DNA of 64,000 nucleotides. Source: Eledone cirrhosa (lineage: Eukaryota). The position numbers and the translations under genes were made by a program. Positions 63,591-64,000 of this stretch are shown here, in pieces. Location: NCBI GenBank assembly GCA_964016885.1, contig OZ024743.1, positions 116,250,001 through 116,314,000 of the forward strand. The letters are read 5' to 3'. Under the pieces are notes generated by a model. That model was given only the letters and a program-made list of their open reading frames with translations, had not been told where the DNA came from and did not search any database. The first letter of the stretch is position 1. Each line of letters begins with the position of its first letter.

Positions 63591-63807
63591 GAAGAAGAAA
63601 ATATTGTCAATTTACTTTTCAATTTACATATATATATATTTGCGTATAATACCAATATGCACACTACATATGCTAGCAGAAAACTGCCCGAGGCGGTTTT
63701 TCTGCTAGTGTTTATGATGTAGACGAGGATGATTGTTGCTATAGATTTTAAATGATGATGAATAACGAGGATACATATATTGATCCTCTCATGGATAAGT
63801 GGGTGAC

Positions 63808-63909
63808 GAAGAAGAAGAAGAAGAAGAAGAAGAAGAAGAAGAAGAAGAAGAAGAAGAAGAAGAAGAAGAAGAAGAAGAAGAAGAAGAAGAAGAAGAAGAA
63901 GAAGAAGAA
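63808..63909. repeat. (GAA)n microsatellite
   Basis: About 34 perfect units. Confidence 0.95.
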
Positions 63910-64000
63910 TTTTATTTACATTCAGCTAACGATCGAACGCTCAGATGTAGTAATACATTTTTTTAATATTTCATACTGCATGATGTATTATTACTGGAGA

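Overview
Eukaryotic, AT-rich DNA saturated with microsatellites, with no recognisable host gene. The repeat content suggests an invertebrate, possibly a cephalopod, but that is inference. The window is dominated by Penelope-like retroelements (PLEs). The centrepiece (12094-32957) is a very young 21-kb insertion in a (TA)n tract made of five near-identical ~4.3-kb units: two on the minus strand and three on the plus strand, head-to-head. Four units carry intact ~1270-aa RT + GIY-YIG ORFs, and every unit carries a minimal type I hammerhead ribozyme (HHR). The same layout, (TA)n - inverted arm - spacer - direct arm with longer 3' tail - (TA)n, recurs more than a dozen times at sizes from ~100 bp to 4 kb. 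By eye I can fold about 25 HHR or HHR-like motifs from about a dozen unrelated families. At least one non-coding, circularly permuted HHR-bearing repeat looks like a retrozyme. Also present are a decayed hAT transposon, two RTE LINE relics, a CRE-like restriction-endonuclease LINE 3' end, several SINEs and Helitron-like pieces. Most short ORFs in the supplied track are microsatellite or antisense artefacts. All RNA folds and alignments were made by eye.
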